From an uncultured delta proteobacterium (GTDB lineage Bacteria > Desulfobacterota > Binatia > UBA9968), in assembly GCA_963745835.1 (NCBI GenBank), contig CAVUZH010000005.1:96001-160000 (forward strand): a stretch of 64,000 nt of DNA, read 5' to 3'. This document shows, in pieces, positions 59,242-64,000 of the stretch; within the stretch, counting starts at the first letter, position 1; every line of letters starts with the position of its first letter. The notes under the pieces are model-generated. The model made no database searches, was not told the origin of the DNA, and was given only the letters and a program-made list of their open reading frames with translations. Both the position numbers and the translations under genes were made by a program.

Positions 59242-60589
59242 ATGCGTGTGCTCGACTCAGCGATTTTCAGCCCGCTGTTTTCAGATGCGGAAATCTCCGC
59301 TGTGCTCACGGATGAGGCCTTTGTCAGCGCGCTGGTCGAAGTCGAAGTCGCGCTTGCTCGCGCACAAGCCAGGGTCGGGGTTATTCCTGCCGCTGCGGCA
59401 GAGCAGATCTCGAGAGTAAAAGCCGCCGACATCGATATCACTGCCCTGACAAAGGGAACGATTCGCTCCGGGTTTCCGATCATCGCCTTGGTGCAGCAAA
59501 TCCGCCGGCAGGCGGGTGAGGAAGCGGCGCCCTACGTGCACTGGGGCGCGACCACCCAGGACATCATGGATACCGCCTCTGTGCTGCAGATGCGCGCGGC
59601 TATCGAACTTTTCAAACCGGCGATTCTCAATATCATCCGACGTCTGAGCGAACTGGCGCAGCGGCATCGTACTACCGTGATGGCTGGGCGTACCCATGGG
59701 CAGCAGGCGCTGCCGATCACTTTCGGGCTGAAAGTCGCCAGCTGGATTGCGCCAATGCTTCGCCATATTGAACGCCTCGACGAGATTTTGCCGCGCCTGC
59801 TTGTTATCCAATTCGGTGGCGCGGCAGGCACCTTAGCGGCTCTGGGGGACAAAGGTCTGGCCGTTAGCGAAGCATTGGCAGACGAGCTCAAGTTATCCGT
59901 GCCGGTAATGTCGTGGCATGCTCAGCGCGACAGCTTGGTAGAATTCGGTGGTTGGCTCAGCCTGGTGACCGGATGCCTCGGGAAAATGGCGCAGGATGTT
60001 ATCCTGCTGGCCCAAACCGAAGTTGGCGAAGCAGCCGAATCAGGCGAGCAGGGCAGGGGTGGGAGCAGTACGATGCCGCAAAAAAGCAATCCGATCACCA
60101 GCGAGCTCATGCTCGCCGCGGCGCGCACCAATGCTTCCTTGCTATCCGCGCTGCATCACGCGCAAATCCAAGAGCACGAACGGGCGACTCACGGCTGGCA
60201 AGTCGAATGGCTGACTTTGCCGCAAATGATGATCATTACCGGGGGCGCGCTCAAGCATGCCCTCGATCTAGCGCAGAATCTGCAAGTGGATGAGGCGGCG
60301 ATGCGGGTTAATATGGTCCGGGCTAACGATGTTGTCCTTGCCGAGGCGGCGGTATTCGCGTTGGCCAAGTGCGATGCCGCGGGCTAAAGCGGAGGAGTTG
60401 GTTAAAAATGCCTGCGGCATTGCAATGTCTGAAGCTAAACCTTTGATCGACGTGATCAAAGAGACGGTGGCGGTTCCCGACGGCACAGTCGACTGGCAAG
60501 CGCTGGCAGATCCCGCCAATTACCTGGGTGAAGCGGAGAAGATTATCGACAGGGTTTTGGACCGCGCAAACGAACTTTTATCAAAATGA
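59242..60589 (+). CDS. pcaB: 3-carboxy-cis,cis-muconate cycloisomerase; frameshift near 60370
   Basis: HWGATTQD, GRTHGQQALP, QFGGAAGTL, GGSSTMPQKSNP; C-terminus DPANYLG in the shifted frame. Confidence 0.9.
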
Positions 60590-62162
60590 AACATACTCCT
60601 CCCGCAACATTGAACGAGCTGCTTCAGAGCCGAGTCAAACAGCATCCCGAGAAACTGGCGCTGATCTTCAAAGACGAGCAGTGGAGCTATGCCGGATTTC
60701 AACGCGAAGTCGATCGGATCGCCAACGGTTTCATCCGGATCGGCGTCAAAAGAGGCGACCGGATCGCTTTCGTGCTGCCGAACTGCGCCGAGTTTCTGTT
60801 TGCGGTTTTCGCCGTGACCAAGATCGGCGCCGTGTTCGTGCCGCTCAATCCGCAGTACACCGCCGAGGAGGCGGAATATGTACTGCAGCATTCCGAAGCA
60901 TCGGTCGTTATTACGTCGCCGGAACTGTTGCCGCTGATCGATGCGGTGCGAGACAAGTTACCCGATCTGAGCCGAGTGATCGTTACCGGCGAGGGTGGCA
61001 CGGCGACATCGTTGTCGTGGAAGGATTTTCTCTCCGGGGCGCTGCGGATCACGATTTGAAGATCGCCATCGATCCCGAGGATCTCGCATCGATTACCTAC
61101 ACTTCCGGGACCACGGATCGTCCCAAAGGGGTGATGCTGTCCCAGTACGCCTACGCGTTTGCGCCGCGCATGCGGGCGCAGGGCTTGGGCTGGAATGAGA
61201 ACGACCGAGTGCTGTGCGTCCTGCCGCTGTTTCACGTCAATGCGCTTTGCCATACCTGCATCGCCATGCTGTCGGTCGGCGGCAGCATAGTGCTGACCGA
61301 GAAATTCAGCGCATCGCGTTTTTGGAGCGAGGTGCGCGAATACTCGATCACGACCTCGAGTATCATGCGCACGATCCCGCAGATTCTTCTGAGTCTTCCG
61401 GAGCGATCCGATGACGGCAATAACCCGTTGCGCTTGGTGGTGACTTTGCTGTCGCCCGAAATGCATTTGCGATTCGAAGAAAGATTTAAGCTGAAGGCGG
61501 TGCCGTCGTACAGTCTCACCGAGGATATTTTGAGTGTCATCGGACCGACCGATATGCCCACGGAAAAGCTCGGTAGTTGCGGCGTGCCGCTGGCGCCGGA
61601 AGTTCATAGCGTGGCGATTCACGATGAAGCCGGTCGTGCGCTCCCGCCCGGTAAGGCGGGAGAAATCGTTAAACGAAGCCCCACGGTGATGAAAGGCTAC
61701 TATAAAAATCCTGAAGCGTCGGCCAAGGCATTGAAAGACGGCTGGCTCTACACCGGCGATCTCGGTTACCTCGATCACGGACGGCTATCTCTACTTTGTC
61801 GACCGGGTCAAGGACATGGTCCGGCGCGGCGACGAAAACATTTCTTCGGAAGAAGTCGAGCGCGTGCTCAATTCCCATCCGCAGGTCGCCGAGTCCGCGG
61901 TGATCGCAGTGCCGGATCCGATTCGCGGTGAAGAAGTCAAAGCTTACATCGTGCTCAAATCGCCGGCGACGCCTGAAAGCGTGCCTCCAGAAAAGATTTG
62001 GGAATTTTGTAAACCGCATCTAGCGGCTTACAAGGTGCCGCGTTATCTCGAGTACCGAGGCGAGCTGCCGAAGACGCCAAGCTCCAAGGTGCAGAAAAAT
62101 ATTTTGCGCGACGAGAGCAAGCAACGGCAGTGCGACGAGTATTTGACCGCTTACGGAACTAG
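60586..62162 (+). CDS. Acyl/aryl-CoA ligase (CaiC-like AMP-binding enzyme); frameshifts near 61035, 61780 and probably 62125
   Basis: YTSGTTDRPKG, PLFHVNA, SYSLTE, GYYKNP, TGDLG, RVKDMVRRG.ENISSEEVE, LPKTPSSKVQK; likely end VFDRLRN-TAG at 62160-62162. Confidence 0.85.
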
Positions 62163-62275
62163 CATCCTAAACGAGACCGTCGTACGAAATTGCCGTTTGG
62201 GTTTCATGTTTCAATTGACAGCTGCTGAATGGGAAACCTGAAATCACAAATTGTGATTTCAAGTTGGGAGCGGTC
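62163..62275 (+). pseudogene. Remnant of an ORF6N DNA-binding domain gene
   Basis: ILNETVVRNCRLGFMFQLTAAEWE / LKSQIVISSW resembles the ORF6N pattern LN.AV.RN..RF..DFMFQLT..E...LKSQ.V.SSW. Confidence 0.55.
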
Positions 62276-62563
62276 CCCGTGGTGGAATTCAGGAAAAATT
62301 CTTTAAGGGAATGCGTTTGGACCAGAGCTACAAAGGCCAGCGACATTATTCCAGCAAGCAGAGCTGATTCGCTCTCGACTAAACAACAGAAGCCGTACTT
62401 CATTTCGACGTTTCGGGAATTCTCGAAACGTGGAAGTTCCCGCTCAGATTGTCTTCCTTCAAACTGATGAACGATTGAACCGTTGAACGGCTGCGATCTC
62501 CAAAGTGGGTAGTTCCAGGGGACCAGTGAATAACTCACGCCAGACCCTTATGACGCAACAAGA

Positions 62564-63138
62564 TCAGAGGCTTCGGATCACGCGACATGGATTTCCGGCA
62601 GTAACCACTCCGGCGGGCAGATCACGATCCACGACGCTGCCGGCTCCAACCGTAGTGTCGGCGCCTATACTTACCCCGGGACAGACAATCACGCCGCCGC
62701 CGAGCCAGACCGCGCGCCAATGTTGATTGGATAGGCTGACTCCGGCCCAGTCGCGCGTGTGGCCGCATCAGGTGGATGATCGGCGGTCAACAGCTGCACA
62801 TAGGGACCGAGTTGAGCTTGCTCGCCGATAGTTATTTGCGCCGAGTCCAAAAATACCGGGCCGAAATTTACAAACACTCCCGCGCCAAGCGTGATCTGCG
62901 TCCCGTAATCACAATAGAAAGGCGGCTCGATCGCGGCATCAGGGCCGGTATACCCGAGCAGCTCGCGCAGCAACGCAGCTCGACCACTACTGTCGGCAGG
63001 ATCACTCGCGTTGTAACGTGCAAACAGGCGCCGCGCACGCACCCGCGCGGCGACAAGCTCCGGGTCGATTGCCAAATACAGCTCCCCGCGAAGCATCTTG
63101 CTGCATTGGATCTGGACAGGGTTGGAGGTCTTATCCAT
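62564..63138 (-). CDS. maa: Maltose/sugar O-acetyltransferase; frameshift near 62715
   Basis: KMLRGELY, IEPPFYCDYG, ITIG..QLGP.VQLLTADHP; shifted frame VWLGGGVIVCPGVSIG...GAGSVV..DLP..GNPCRVIR. Confidence 0.85.
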
Positions 63139-63596
63139 AGAATCAAGTATAGCGACTGCGCCGGAAGATATCAGAAGAGCACGAGTTTTCAGGGGCTGGG
63201 CGCTCACGTAATCACTTGAGGTACTGGAACACATCGACCTGAAGTCTGATCAGCGGCTCGAATCATGGGCATTAAAATTTTGCCGACCTGGGTGAACCGG
63301 CCGCAGAACGACTTTATTGGGTCCGGACCGGATCTACAAAGACAAAGCGGAAACAAAGAGTTCCAAGCCGTCGCCGCCAGCCGGAAATAATTCGGCGGCA
63401 CGTCGCCGAAATGGAAGTACACGAGGTCGGATCAGCGTCTGCGTAAATTGGACGAGCGCAGTGTTTACGGTTTGCTCAGAGGATTCCGAACTGTTGCCGC
63501 GCATTTTTTGCAAGGCGCAACTGACCGCCCCACGCGTAAGAATCGACTCGGGCGAAATCGAAATGGCGGCTACTGACCTTCGGAGGTCGGAACCTT

Positions 63597-64000
63597 TTAC
63601 TGTGTGAAAAGTTTTTGAAACTCCTTTCGCTTTTCCGCATATTCGTTCTTACTAAAATCATCCATCGGAATAAATTGTATTTTGTCTGCTTCGGGCAGCG
63701 GCGGATAAATTCCTTTTCGGTTGACGAATTCGCCCATCTTCGCCAGGATCTTCATGCTTTCCTCACTCAGAAAATAGTCGATGAACGCCTTGCCCGCATT
63801 TGGATGGGGCGCTTTGTTGCTGAGTAGAACATAGTGCCCATCGCCCATCATCTTGCCCAATCTCACATAATCTACCGGCGCACCCTTTTGCGCGTAGGTG
63901 TAGGCGTAAATAACATAAGTGATAGCCGCCAGTGCCTCGCCTCCGGTGACCCGTTCGGCAGCGGGAATAAACGATTCGCCAAAGAGAGGTTTCATGCCCG
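63597..64000 (-). CDS. ABC transporter extracellular solute-binding protein (Fe3+/thiamine-type), 5'-truncated by window edge
   Basis: KGAPVDY, APHPNAGKAFIDYFLSEE C-terminal motif. Confidence 0.8.
   Translation of the reverse strand, partial: GMKPLFGESFIPAAERVTGGEALAAITYVIYAYTYAQKGAPVDYVRLGKMMGDGHYVLLSNKAPHPNAGKAFIDYFLSEESMKILAKMGEFVNRKGIYPPLPEADKIQFIPMDDFSKNEYAEKRKEFQKLFTQ

Noticed and set aside
61057-61059. TGA ending the first CoA-ligase segment as a third Sec codon
   Set aside because: The protein continues in a different frame (ADHDLKIAIDPEDLASITYTSGTT), so it is a frameshift, and it is not at a Cys-type position.
63265-63450. Possible NIPSNAP-like gene remnant (MGIKILPTWVNRPQNDFI...)
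   Set aside because: Fragmentary across frames; resemblance too weak to support without a search.
195-63827. Numerous antisense and alternate-frame ORFs in the track (e.g. 53300-54274, 38434-39261, 60699-61778)
   Set aside because: They overlap well-supported genes and lack motifs; typical shadow ORFs of GC-rich DNA.

Overview
Bacterial chromosome window (soil-type deltaproteobacterial/Candidatus Binatia-like by gene content; taxonomy is inference only) with three blocks. (1) 1-7.6 kb: 5'-truncated prfC, a Tgt fused to an MnmC-type methyltransferase, aldo/keto reductase, NMT1-like binding protein and a luciferase-like oxidoreductase. (2) ~8-47.1 kb: a general-stress/desiccation island (hemerythrin, histidine kinase, treZ, glycogen debranching enzyme, CBS protein, Ku-LigD, BON proteins, pyruvate oxidase, VKOR, GH15, two HtrA proteases, a caa3-type oxidase operon, TIGR02587/88 pair, SRPBCC). 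At least seven of its transcription units have a correctly oriented sigma54-type -24/-12 motif upstream. It also holds an orphan DnaA-box cluster near 11.2-11.4 kb. (3) 47.7-64 kb: catabolic genes (amidase plus GatC-like peptide, ThDP enzyme, VOC protein, amidohydrolase, DsbA-like protein, LLM, pcaDCHGB, CoA ligase). Two genes split in the ORF track read through an in-frame TGA in a Cys-type redox motif followed by a SECIS-like hairpin, so are candidate selenoproteins: a CxxxxU rhodanese-CBS fusion and a UxxC DsbA/FrnE protein. Several MITE/REP-like repeat families fill intergenic gaps. Many single-base frameshifts suggest assembly indel errors. No rRNA, tRNA, CRISPR array or intact transposase was recognised. 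All family calls come from motif recognition by eye; no database searches were run.
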